Assembly: GCA_041659445.1 (NCBI GenBank)
Contig: JBAZYG010000001.1
Coordinates: 30,001-62,000, forward strand
From: Candidatus Saccharimonadota bacterium
Lineage (GTDB): Archaea > Nanobdellota > Nanobdellia > Pacearchaeales > GW2011-AR1
Length of the DNA stretch: 32,000 bases
Reading direction: 5' to 3'
Below the pieces are notes generated by a model, which was not told where the DNA came from, ran no database searches, and was given only the letters and a program-made list of their open reading frames with translations. The stretch's first letter is position 1, and the number at the start of each line of letters is the position of its first letter. Both the position numbers and the translations under genes were made by a program. Shown one piece after another: positions 23,584-31,516 of this stretch.

Positions 23584-24636
23584 ATGAAATATCTTTTAGG
23601 TTCCGAAAAAGAATTTTTTGAATTTGTGAATTCAATTTCTAAAAAAGATAAAATTGGTTTAATTAGTCATACTGATTTAGACGGAATTGCCTCTGCAGTT
23701 TTTTTACAAAAAATTTTAGAATCAAAAGATTTAAAATTAAATTTTATAAAATTTTTAGAATATGGTTCAGAAGTTTTAAAACCAATTTTAAATGAAAAAA
23801 TTGATGTTTTATTTTTCACAGATTGGAATGCAGATAATTTTCCAAAAGATTTAGATTTATTAAGAAAAAAATTTAGGGTTTTAGTTTTTGATCATCATCC
23901 GTTGAATCCAGAATTGAAAGATGAAAAAGGAATAATAAAAACAGAAAGAATTTATTGTTCTAGCCATGCACTTTTTGATTTGATTAAGGAGAAAAATTAT
24001 TTTGATACCCAAAAAATGACTTGGCTTGTTTGTGCAGCAATAATTTCAGATTATACTTGGGATAAATCTGATGAAGCATTTGAATTAATTAAAAAATTTT
24101 ATCCAAATGTAAAAAAAGATTCAAGTATTTGGAATTCTGAGCCAGGTTTGATTGGAAAAAAAATTTCAGGAGCTTTGATTTACTATAATCCAAATTTTAA
24201 GAAAGTTTATGAAAAGATTTTAAAAAATGATTTAAATTCATTAGAAAAAGTAGATAAAATAGTTCAAAAAGAAATTGAAAAATATCTTCATGAATTCGAA
24301 GAAAAAGCAGAGCACTTTTCTAAAGAGAAATTATATTTTTATTATAACAATCCAAAATTTCAGATTGCTTCTAGTATTTCGAGTATAATTTCTGATAGAT
24401 ATTTTCGAGATTCTACAGTTATTTTTGTTACAGATATTAAAAATAGAAAAGGTTTTGTTAAGGTTAGTGCGAGAAATCAAACAATGCAAGTTAATCTTGG
24501 AAATTTACTAAAAAATTGCATTGAAGGATTTGAAAATTCTTCTGGTGGTGGGCATATTCAAGCAGCTTCTGCAATTTTTCCTAAAAAATATTTAAATAAA
24601 TTTAAGGAAAATTTGTTGAAAGAATTGAAAAATTAA
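23584..24636 (+). CDS. DHH/DHHA1 family phosphoesterase, copy 2 (paralog of 11755-12792)
   Basis: HTDLDG, FTDWN, FDHHP and ENSSGGGH. Copy 1 has the same ENSSGGGH block. Confidence 0.8.
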   Translation: MKYLLGSEKEFFEFVNSISKKDKIGLISHTDLDGIASAVFLQKILESKDLKLNFIKFLEYGSEVLKPILNEKIDVLFFTDWNADNFPKDLDLLRKKFRVLVFDHHPLNPELKDEKGIIKTERIYCSSHALFDLIKEKNYFDTQKMTWLVCAAIISDYTWDKSDEAFELIKKFYPNVKKDSSIWNSEPGLIGKKISGALIYYNPNFKKVYEKILKNDLNSLEKVDKIVQKEIEKYLHEFEEKAEHFSKEKLYFYYNNPKFQIASSISSIISDRYFRDSTVIFVTDIKNRKGFVKVSARNQTMQVNLGNLLKNCIEGFENSSGGGHIQAASAIFPKKYLNKFKENLLKELKN

Positions 24637-24637
24637 A

Positions 24638-25309
24638 ATGTCAACAAACATTTTTGAGAAACGTAAAAAAGATATTCTAGAAAAAAAGGACAAATCTTCA
24701 AAAGGAAAATGGGATGAAAAAATTATTTCTCTTTGTGAAAAAATAAATTCAAAAAAAGAATTTTACACAACTTCTTCTTGTTCTGGAAGGGTTTTAGCAT
24801 TAATTGATTTTGATAAAAAAGTTTCAAACTTGTTTTTGTATGTAAGTCATGATAAAATTGAATTTGATGAATTTAAAAAAGAATTAATAAATTTATGCAC
24901 TTCTAAAATCCCACCAACCAATCCCCCGACCACCCACCCTAAATCATCTAATCTTAAAACATTTAAATTATTACAAATGGTGAATAATAATTCAGTGAGT
25001 AAAAATCCAAACAAAACAATTATCTTTAAACAAGAACCTTGTGGATTACATGTTGCGTGTCAAACATTGGAAAAAGCTCAGGAATTACTAACAAAGGCAA
25101 AACTTTCAGGTTGGAAAAAATCAGGAATTATTTCGAGTGAAAAAAGATTTATTGTTGAAATGTTTGGAACAGGAAAATTAGAATTTCCAATAATAAAAAA
25201 TGGGAAACTTCTTGTTGATGATGGTTTTTTAAAAATTGTCTTAAAAAAAGCAAATGAAAATTTAGAAAAATCTTGGAAAATTATTGAAAAACTGAAAAAT
25301 AAAATTTAA
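24638..25309 (+). CDS. taw3: tRNA wyosine-derivative methyltransferase Taw3/TYW3 family, with an internal low-complexity insertion
   Basis: Has the FYTTSSCSGR signature and the later EPCGLHVAC block. Its start lies 1 nt after the stop of the preceding gene. Confidence 0.75.
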   Translation: MSTNIFEKRKKDILEKKDKSSKGKWDEKIISLCEKINSKKEFYTTSSCSGRVLALIDFDKKVSNLFLYVSHDKIEFDEFKKELINLCTSKIPPTNPPTTHPKSSNLKTFKLLQMVNNNSVSKNPNKTIIFKQEPCGLHVACQTLEKAQELLTKAKLSGWKKSGIISSEKRFIVEMFGTGKLEFPIIKNGKLLVDDGFLKIVLKKANENLEKSWKIIEKLKNKI

Positions 25310-25330
25310 GAATAAAAAATGAAAGGAGAA

Positions 25331-25858
25331 TTAATCTTTTTGTTTTTGATATTTCTCTTCAACCGGTTTTCCTATTTTGTAAGATCTTTTTAGTTTTTTG
25401 TATGATTCAAAGTATATTGGATAAATTTCATTTATCTCTTTTCTTTTTGATTTAAAAAATTCAATGCTTGAAAGTTCTTTTGGGTTGTACTCCCCATAAG
25501 CAATTTCAATTCCTCTAAAGCAATCAGCTTGCAAAGCATTTTCATCAGGATTTGGTAAACCAAAAACTAATAAAAAGCACCTTGCCATTTTATTCCAAGC
25601 CATGTATGCGCATACAAACAAATCTCTAACCTCTTTTTGAGATAATCCTTCGTCTCTAATTGAAGGTAATGTAAAATCATAAACTGAATCATGTTCATAA
25701 GCCCAGCCTTTTCCAGTTATGAATTTATTTTTATGTTCTTCAATTGTTTCTTTTGATAAGTCTTTTTCAAAATATTTGATTATATCTGTTTCTTCAATTT
25801 GTTGAGCTTCTTTTTTTCTTTCTTGTTTCTCTCTAAATTTTGTTATTAAGTTTTTCAT
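25331..25858 (-). CDS. hypothetical protein (175 aa)
   Basis: Long ORF with native codon usage. I recognise no motif. Confidence 0.55.
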   Translation of the reverse strand: MKNLITKFREKQERKKEAQQIEETDIIKYFEKDLSKETIEEHKNKFITGKGWAYEHDSVYDFTLPSIRDEGLSQKEVRDLFVCAYMAWNKMARCFLLVFGLPNPDENALQADCFRGIEIAYGEYNPKELSSIEFFKSKRKEINEIYPIYFESYKKLKRSYKIGKPVEEKYQKQKD

Positions 25859-25975
25859 TTTCTTTTTTTTGTTTTCATTTCATAATCGTTTTAGATAATA
25901 ATATTATATCTAATTTTTACCTGATATATTAGGGTTTATGCTAAGATTTTTAAAGATTAAATAATTAATTTAATT

Positions 25976-26620
25976 ATGTGGATAGCAAAATTCAAAAATT
26001 TTCACAAAACATGTATTATTGCTCCTTTGTGTAAAAAACATAATGTGATAGATTATGTTTATCTTTTAAATTCATGGGCAAAAGGAAATAAATTTTATTA
26101 CACTGAACTACATTTTTTAGAAGGTGAAGAAAAAAATAAAAATAAATTCATAAATGATTTTAGAAAAATTTCAAAAACTTTAAAATGTGAAGTAAAAGGA
26201 AGTCAAATTTTTACTTTTAATTATTTAACTTCAAAAAACCTAAAAAAGTTTTTTGCAGTTTTTAATCCCGAATTAATCTATGTTAAACCTGTTGTTCAGA
26301 GAGCAGACGGTTATGAAGATTGGGAATTAGCTTGTTGGGATAAAAAACCTTTAATGGAAATAATGAAGATTCCTGATTTTGATATGAAATTAATTTCTAT
26401 CGAATGGAAAAAGGGATTTGATATATTCCTTCCAAGAATTCAATCAAAAATCCCTGAAAAACAGAAGCAAGCAATGAACTTAGCAATAAAAAATGGTTAT
26501 TATAATTATCCAAGAAAAATTAATTTAGATGAACTTGCAAGAATTACAAAAGTTTCAAAGCAAACTTTTCAAGAAAATTTAAGAAAAGCTGAAAATAAAA
26601 TAATTCCTTATTTGGTTTAA
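25976..26620 (+). CDS. HTH_10 (Bat-like) DNA-binding transcriptional regulator
   Basis: The C-terminal PRKINLDELARITKVSKQTFQENLRKAENKI matches the archaeal HTH_10 helix-turn-helix pattern. Confidence 0.7.
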   Translation: MWIAKFKNFHKTCIIAPLCKKHNVIDYVYLLNSWAKGNKFYYTELHFLEGEEKNKNKFINDFRKISKTLKCEVKGSQIFTFNYLTSKNLKKFFAVFNPELIYVKPVVQRADGYEDWELACWDKKPLMEIMKIPDFDMKLISIEWKKGFDIFLPRIQSKIPEKQKQAMNLAIKNGYYNYPRKINLDELARITKVSKQTFQENLRKAENKIIPYLV

Positions 26621-26666
26621 ATTAAAAACATTTTTAATTCCTTTTTTCTTTTATATTTTGAAAAAG

Positions 26667-27890
26667 ATGGCAGATAAAGAAATAGTTGATTTTGTGAAAA
26701 AGAGAACAAAAGAAGGTTTTTCTTTTAGTGAAATAAAACAAACTCTTCTTTCGCAGGGATATTCTGATTATGAAATTGATGAAGTTATAAATGAATTTCG
26801 AGGAAAGAAAAAATTAGATTCTGAAAAAGAAATAAAACCTATAAAAAGAAGAGGATTAAAAACTTTTTTTGGAATTTTGTTTGTATTAATTTTAGTTGGA
26901 ATTTTTTTATATTTCTTAATAACTTCTCCTTTGAATTTTAGAACAAAAGTATCTATTTCATACGATAAAATAGAAGAAGGTGTTAATTTAGAACTTGTTA
27001 AGGGTTCAATAATAAATTTTGAAACACAAGATGAAAGTTATTTTTTTAAAATTAATTCTATAAATGAAAATTCTTTAAGTATCTCTGGAAATTTGTCTGA
27101 AAATATTCCAATTAATTCTTTTAAAGAATTTGATTTAAATCAAGATGGAATAAATGATTTTTTAATCGAGTATTCTTTTTATCAAAAAGGAAAAGGATTT
27201 ATTTATTTAAAAGGTTCAAGTAACGAAGAAGTTTGTACTGAATCATGGATTTGCACAGAATTTGGTCCTTGTATAAATTCACTTAAAAATAAAGTTTGCG
27301 TCGATGAAAATTTTTGTGGAACAGAATTTTCAAAACCTAATTTTTCAGAATTTTGTATGTCTGAAAATAATTCTAATTCAAGTTTTGTTGTTCCTGAAAA
27401 TTATTTTGATTGTGGTATTGAAGAAGTTAATTATGTTAATGATTGTTTTCTTGAATCAGCTTTAAATTGTAGTTCTGCTCAAATTATTAGTAATACTTCT
27501 TTTGAAGATTCTGGAGTTTTTATATTTACAAATGATTTAATGAGAATAAGTTCAAATTCTGAAACTAAATGCAAACTTTATCAAGAAACTTTAAATTATT
27601 CTATAAAATATAGCGAAAGTTATCGTCAAGAATTATTAAATTCAGGTATGACTTCTGAAGAAATTGATTCTCAAGAATTAAATGAAAATGAATTAGCTCA
27701 AGGTTTAGTTGGAATATGGTTTGAATGTGATTTTGATAAATCTGATCTTTATGATGTTTTAAGTGAATGGAAACAAGGAATATTTAATGGTGGTTTTTCA
27801 TGTGATTGGGATGATTCAAATAATTTTAATTGTTATTTTAATTGGGGAGATAAAGGAATTATAAGTGAAAATTGTGAGAGTAGTTTATAG
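26667..27890 (+). CDS. membrane-anchored Cys-rich extracellular protein
   Basis: Cytoplasmic N-domain (GFSFSEIKQTLLSQGYSDYEI), one TM helix, then an exported part with a WICTEFGPC...CVDENFCG module and further Cys pairs. I prefer the ATG at 26667 to the TTG at 26658. Confidence 0.65.
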   Translation: MADKEIVDFVKKRTKEGFSFSEIKQTLLSQGYSDYEIDEVINEFRGKKKLDSEKEIKPIKRRGLKTFFGILFVLILVGIFLYFLITSPLNFRTKVSISYDKIEEGVNLELVKGSIINFETQDESYFFKINSINENSLSISGNLSENIPINSFKEFDLNQDGINDFLIEYSFYQKGKGFIYLKGSSNEEVCTESWICTEFGPCINSLKNKVCVDENFCGTEFSKPNFSEFCMSENNSNSSFVVPENYFDCGIEEVNYVNDCFLESALNCSSAQIISNTSFEDSGVFIFTNDLMRISSNSETKCKLYQETLNYSIKYSESYRQELLNSGMTSEEIDSQELNENELAQGLVGIWFECDFDKSDLYDVLSEWKQGIFNGGFSCDWDDSNNFNCYFNWGDKGIISENCESSL

Positions 27891-27944
27891 TATTCTTCTA
27901 TTTTACAAACTAAATTTATTTAAATAGTAAAATATTCTATTTTA

Positions 27945-27963
27945 ACGTAGGGAAATTCTACGT
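27945..27963 (+). promoter_or_regulatory. hairpin acgtag-ggaaatt-ctacgt at the predicted 5' end of the ftsZ leader
   Basis: 6-bp stem. A third copy of cgtag at 27964-27968 allows alternative pairing. Confidence 0.35.
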
Positions 27964-27990
27964 CGTAGAGTTTAGAAATCATTGAGATTC

Positions 27991-28011
27991 AAAATCAAAG
28001 ATTTTGATTTT
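27991..28011 (+). promoter_or_regulatory. perfect 9-bp inverted repeat aaaatcaaa-gat-tttgatttt upstream of ftsZ (operator or leader hairpin)
   Basis: Palindrome read directly from the sequence. A third aaaatcaaa copy lies at 28038-28046, between the purine tract and the start codon. Confidence 0.4.
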
Positions 28012-28030
28012 CAAAGAGCATACAATTGAA

Positions 28031-28036
28031 AGGAGG
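28031..28036 (+). promoter_or_regulatory. Shine-Dalgarno-like aggagg tract, 24 nt from the ftsZ ATG (unusually far)
   Basis: aggagg was read directly. No in-frame upstream start is possible because a TAA lies at 28052-28054. Confidence 0.3.
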
Positions 28037-28060
28037 AAAAATCAAAAGAGTTAAAATAAT

Positions 28061-29143
28061 ATGGTATTAGATTTTGCAAAAGAAGCAATTCAAAATTCTC
28101 AAACTCATAGCATTAACTTTGACGAATTGAAAGCTGGTAAAGCTAACATTAAAGTTGTTGGTGCTGGAGGTTGCGGTTGTAACATGGTTACATGGCTTTT
28201 CAACAAAGGTATAAATGGAGCTACTGTTTATGGAATTAACACAGATGCTTTACACTTAAGTGTTACAAAAGCTGATGAAAAGATTTTGATTGGTAAAGAA
28301 TTAACAAGAGGTCTTGGAGCAGGTGGTGTGCCTAGAAAAGGTAGAGAAGCTGCTAAAGAAACTTTAGTTGAATTGAAAAAAGCTGTAGGTAATGCAGATA
28401 TGGTTTTTGTATTAGCTGGTGAAGGTGGAGGAACTGGAACTGGTGCTGCTCCTGTAGTTGCTCAATTAGCTAAAGAAACAGGATCCATTGTAATTGGTGT
28501 TGTAACAATGCCTTTTGAATCTGAAAAAGCTAGAATTGATAAAGCAGAATTTGGATTGCAAGAATTAAGAGAAGTTACAAATACTTGTATTGTGTTGGAT
28601 AATAATAGACTTGTAGATATTGCAGGTCAATTGCCTTTAGAACAAGCTTTTGCTGTTGCTAACGAACTTGTTAGTACTATGGTTAAAGGTATTGTTGAAA
28701 CAATTACTCTTCCAAGTTTGATTAATCTAGACTACGCAGATGTTTCTTCAATTATGAATACTGGTGGAATGTCTGTTATTGGTATTGGTGAATCAGATGC
28801 TACAGATCGTGTACATGAATCAGTTAAGCAAGCTCTTACACATCCTCTACTTGACGTGGATTACAAGGGCGCTACTGGTGCGTTGATACACATTACTTGT
28901 GGACCTGATTTAAAACTAGAAGAATTTGATGTTATTGGTAGAACTGTTTCAGAAAACTTAAACGCAGAAGCAAACGTTATTATTGGGGCAAGAATTTCAA
29001 AGGACTTTATTGGAAAGATTAGAGTTATCACTATTATGACAGGAGTTAAATCTCCTTATGTAATGGGAAGAGACTTTGAACAAGAAAGAGGTCCTGTAAT
29101 GAACAGAGAATTATCTGACTTAGGTATTGACATCATTTACTAA
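28061..29143 (+). CDS. ftsZ: cell division GTPase FtsZ
   Basis: GAGGCGCN, the tubulin signature GGGTGTGAAPV and NTDALHL. Codon usage is visibly GC-richer and biased, as expected for a highly expressed gene. Confidence 0.95.
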   Translation: MVLDFAKEAIQNSQTHSINFDELKAGKANIKVVGAGGCGCNMVTWLFNKGINGATVYGINTDALHLSVTKADEKILIGKELTRGLGAGGVPRKGREAAKETLVELKKAVGNADMVFVLAGEGGGTGTGAAPVVAQLAKETGSIVIGVVTMPFESEKARIDKAEFGLQELREVTNTCIVLDNNRLVDIAGQLPLEQAFAVANELVSTMVKGIVETITLPSLINLDYADVSSIMNTGGMSVIGIGESDATDRVHESVKQALTHPLLDVDYKGATGALIHITCGPDLKLEEFDVIGRTVSENLNAEANVIIGARISKDFIGKIRVITIMTGVKSPYVMGRDFEQERGPVMNRELSDLGIDIIY

Positions 29144-29178
29144 ATTTATTATTTAGTATTTTTTATTTTCCTTGTTTT

Positions 29179-29198
29179 CCCCTCGAGAAATCGGGGGG
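29179..29198. terminator. GC-rich hairpin cccctcga-gaaa-tcgggggg between convergent genes
   Basis: 8-bp stem (one G-U) with a GAAA tetraloop, flanked by T-rich sequence downstream of ftsZ. Confidence 0.35.
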
Positions 29199-29217
29199 AT
29201 TTAAGATTTTTAAAGTT

Positions 29218-29586
29218 TTAATCAAAAAATATTTTTACGTTTTGTAAATTATCGTAACTTATTATTTCTTTATTTATAGAATAAGCAATTATCTTTTTTC
29301 CAATTAAATCTTTTTGACTTTTGATAATTTTTTCTTTTATCAATTTTTCTATCTTTGATTGAGAAATTATAAATCTTGCTCCCCTCTTTTCATTAAAATA
29401 TCTTGCTTCTACCTTTATCGTTAAATCATCATATTTTCCATCACAATCGAAATCTTCTGAATCCTCAAATGAAAAGACTGATTCAATTACTCCGTTTTTT
29501 TTATTCCATTTTTTTGGATTTTCTTGAACTAATTTTTCTAGTTCATTTATGCTTGGGCTGTTATAAACTATTAATTCTTTTGTCAT
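29218..29586 (-). CDS. hypothetical protein (122 aa)
   Basis: ORF with native codon usage. I recognise no motif. Confidence 0.5.
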   Translation of the reverse strand: MTKELIVYNSPSINELEKLVQENPKKWNKKNGVIESVFSFEDSEDFDCDGKYDDLTIKVEARYFNEKRGARFIISQSKIEKLIKEKIIKSQKDLIGKKIIAYSINKEIISYDNLQNVKIFFD

Positions 29587-29607
29587 TTTTTGTTTTTATA
29601 TCAGAAT

Positions 29608-29838
29608 TTAATAATAAACATTATATTCTGCAGTTGTTTTTATTTTCTTGCTTAATCCAAAAAAAGTTATAATTGCTTCAGAATAAAATTTGATATGACT
29701 TCTATTGTTCAATTTTTCCCTGAGATAATTTTCATTTTGTTCAATAATTCTATGGGCATCTTCAGTTAAATTTGAATCCCATTTTGTAGAGATTGATTCT
29801 TTTATATGTAATATATCTGTTAATCCCATTGAAAACAT
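29608..29838 (-). CDS. hypothetical protein (76 aa)
   Basis: ORF in tandem with 29218-29586. I recognise no motif. Confidence 0.4.
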   Translation of the reverse strand: MFSMGLTDILHIKESISTKWDSNLTEDAHRIIEQNENYLREKLNNRSHIKFYSEAIITFFGLSKKIKTTAEYNVYY

Positions 29839-29892
29839 AAATTTATTTTCTTTTGTAAGTTTAAAAAGATTATTGTGATTTAAGATATAAAA

Positions 29893-30468
29893 TTAATACC
29901 CCTCAGGATATCTTCCTTCTGGTTTTTTGATTTCTTTCATTCTTTTATTTTCGAATTCATTAAAGTAAAGAAAATTATTCAAATCCCGAGTATTTCTTTT
30001 TTTTGGTTTTTCATTTGAATATCCTATTGGAAAGATTGCTTCGATATTGGAATTTTCTGGAATTTTTAAAAGTGTTTTTATTTTTTCTTCATCAAAATAT
30101 CCTATCCAGCATGTTGAAAGTTCAAATTCAGTTAGCTTTAATAAAAAATTTTGGATTGCAGCACCTGATTGTTGATGTGAAAATTTTTTTCCTGTTTTTT
30201 CTCCATAAGCATTAATTGTTCTTGAAGGGTTTGATAAAAACACAACGCAGTATTCTGATTGTGCAATAAAATCTTGCGAAGAATAATCTGCTATTTTTGA
30301 AATTTTTTCTTTGTCATCTATTAACATAAAATTTAATGTAAAAATATTTCCAGCCATTGGAGCATATCTTGTAGAATCAATTGCTTCAATTATTTTTTTC
30401 CAACTTGGAGATTTTTTCTTGAATTTTCGAATGCTTCTTCTTTCTTGAATTGCTTTGTCTAATTGCAT
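29893..30468 (-). CDS. nitroreductase family protein
   Basis: N-terminal AIQERRSIRKF, and the overall length and pattern of FMN nitroreductases. Confidence 0.8.
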   Translation of the reverse strand: MQLDKAIQERRSIRKFKKKSPSWKKIIEAIDSTRYAPMAGNIFTLNFMLIDDKEKISKIADYSSQDFIAQSEYCVVFLSNPSRTINAYGEKTGKKFSHQQSGAAIQNFLLKLTEFELSTCWIGYFDEEKIKTLLKIPENSNIEAIFPIGYSNEKPKKRNTRDLNNFLYFNEFENKRMKEIKKPEGRYPEGY

Positions 30469-30509
30469 GAAAAATTAAGGAAACCAATATTTAAAAGATT
30501 AGTGGAAAA

Positions 30510-30583
30510 CGCCCCGGGAAGGACTCGAACCTTCGACCTAACGGTTAACAGCCGTTCGCTCTAACCGACTGAGCTACCAGGGC
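30510..30583 (-). tRNA. tRNA-Asn(GUU), no intron, no encoded CCA
   Basis: The reverse complement is GCCCTGG-TA-GCTC-AGTCGGTTA-GAGC-G-AACGG-CTGTTAA-CCGTT-AGGTC-GAAGG-TTCGAGT-CCTTC-CCGGGGC-G. It forms a full cloverleaf with one G-U pair in the acceptor stem. Confidence 0.92.
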
Positions 30584-30606
30584 ATAGAAATTTGAAAATA
30601 TCTTGT

Positions 30607-30614
30607 TATTTAAA
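30607..30614 (-). promoter_or_regulatory. TATA box (tttaaata on the minus strand) of tRNA-Asn, centred ~27 nt upstream of G1
   Basis: There are 23 nt between the box and tRNA position 1 (30583). Confidence 0.5.
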
Positions 30615-30632
30615 GGTTTTCTTAATTGATTT

Positions 30633-31148
30633 TTATTTTTTCTTTTTTTCTTCTTTTAATCCAAAATCAAAAACTGGCTGAATTTGATGTTTTTCTAAGA
30701 ATGAATACACATTGCTGTGTTTTGCTCCTTTTGTTAAAGAACTAATTGCTTCAATTGCATTTTTAATGCATTCAGCGTCTCCGATAATCCCAACTCTATT
30801 TTCATTTAGTTCAATATTGCATTTTGTTAATGCGCTAATTGTTTGAATTCCTCGTCCTTTTTTTCCAATAATTCTTGCTCTTACTCTGCTTAAATCCTTT
30901 GTTCTTGCATAATCTTTTATATTTAATATTTCAAATTCTTTTTCTTCTGTTTTTATAGAAATAGCAGAAGAATAAGGAAATCCAAAATTCAATGCAATAA
31001 TTACTTTTTCTCCGAAGTATTCGTCTTCTGGTTCTCCTTCAATGTTTATTTCTTTTCCACGATTTGTTATCTTTAAATTCAATTCTTTTTCAAGTTTTGT
31101 TTTATTTTTTAAAATTCTTGGTAATTTTTCAGATAGTATTGTTTTCAT
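30633..31148 (-). CDS. KH-domain RNA-binding protein (Dim2/Pno1-like)
   Basis: GXXG loop in IIGKKGRGIQ. It lies immediately downstream of aIF-1A (2-nt gap), a common archaeal arrangement. Confidence 0.75.
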   Translation of the reverse strand: MKTILSEKLPRILKNKTKLEKELNLKITNRGKEINIEGEPEDEYFGEKVIIALNFGFPYSSAISIKTEEKEFEILNIKDYARTKDLSRVRARIIGKKGRGIQTISALTKCNIELNENRVGIIGDAECIKNAIEAISSLTKGAKHSNVYSFLEKHQIQPVFDFGLKEEKKKK

Positions 31149-31150
31149 TT

Positions 31151-31477
31151 TTAGAATTCATTTGTTTCTTTTTCTAGATAACCATTTTGTTTTAACCAAG
31201 CAATTTGAGAAGGTTTGTATTTTAAGATCACATCGCCTTTTTCCTTGTCCAATTCCCAGAATTCTACAATTACAATATCTCCAGGTCTTAACCATAATTC
31301 TCTTTTTAATCTTCCTGGAACTCGGCAATTTCTTTCTTTTCCGTCGACGCAAGAGACTTTCATTTTATTTCCTCCATGTCGTTCTTCAATAATTCCAATT
31401 ATTTGATTTGCTTTTGGCAATGGTGCTCTTGATATTTGAGGTGCTTCTGAATCTTCTTCGTTTCTAAATTGTCTCAT
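31151..31477 (-). CDS. eif1a: translation initiation factor aIF-1A
   Basis: S1/OB-fold pattern: GIIEERHGGNKMKVSCVDGKERNCRVPGRLKRELWLRPGDIVIVE. Confidence 0.9.
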   Translation of the reverse strand: MRQFRNEEDSEAPQISRAPLPKANQIIGIIEERHGGNKMKVSCVDGKERNCRVPGRLKRELWLRPGDIVIVEFWELDKEKGDVILKYKPSQIAWLKQNGYLEKETNEF

Positions 31478-31516
31478 ATTATTTTAATCAAAAAAGAGTT
31501 TATAAGTTTGATGGGT

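Noticed and set aside
28061-29143. The higher GC content of ftsZ as a sign of horizontal transfer
   Set aside because: The shift is towards ggt, gct and gtt codons encoding Gly, Ala and Val, typical of a highly expressed Gly/Ala/Val-rich protein. This differs from the C/G-ending rare codons of the true GC islands.
31042-31406. ORFs 31042-31392(+), 31158-31352(-) and 31215-31406(+) overlapping the KH and aIF-1A genes
   Set aside because: They are alternative-frame or antisense ORFs over two well-conserved genes, with no motifs.
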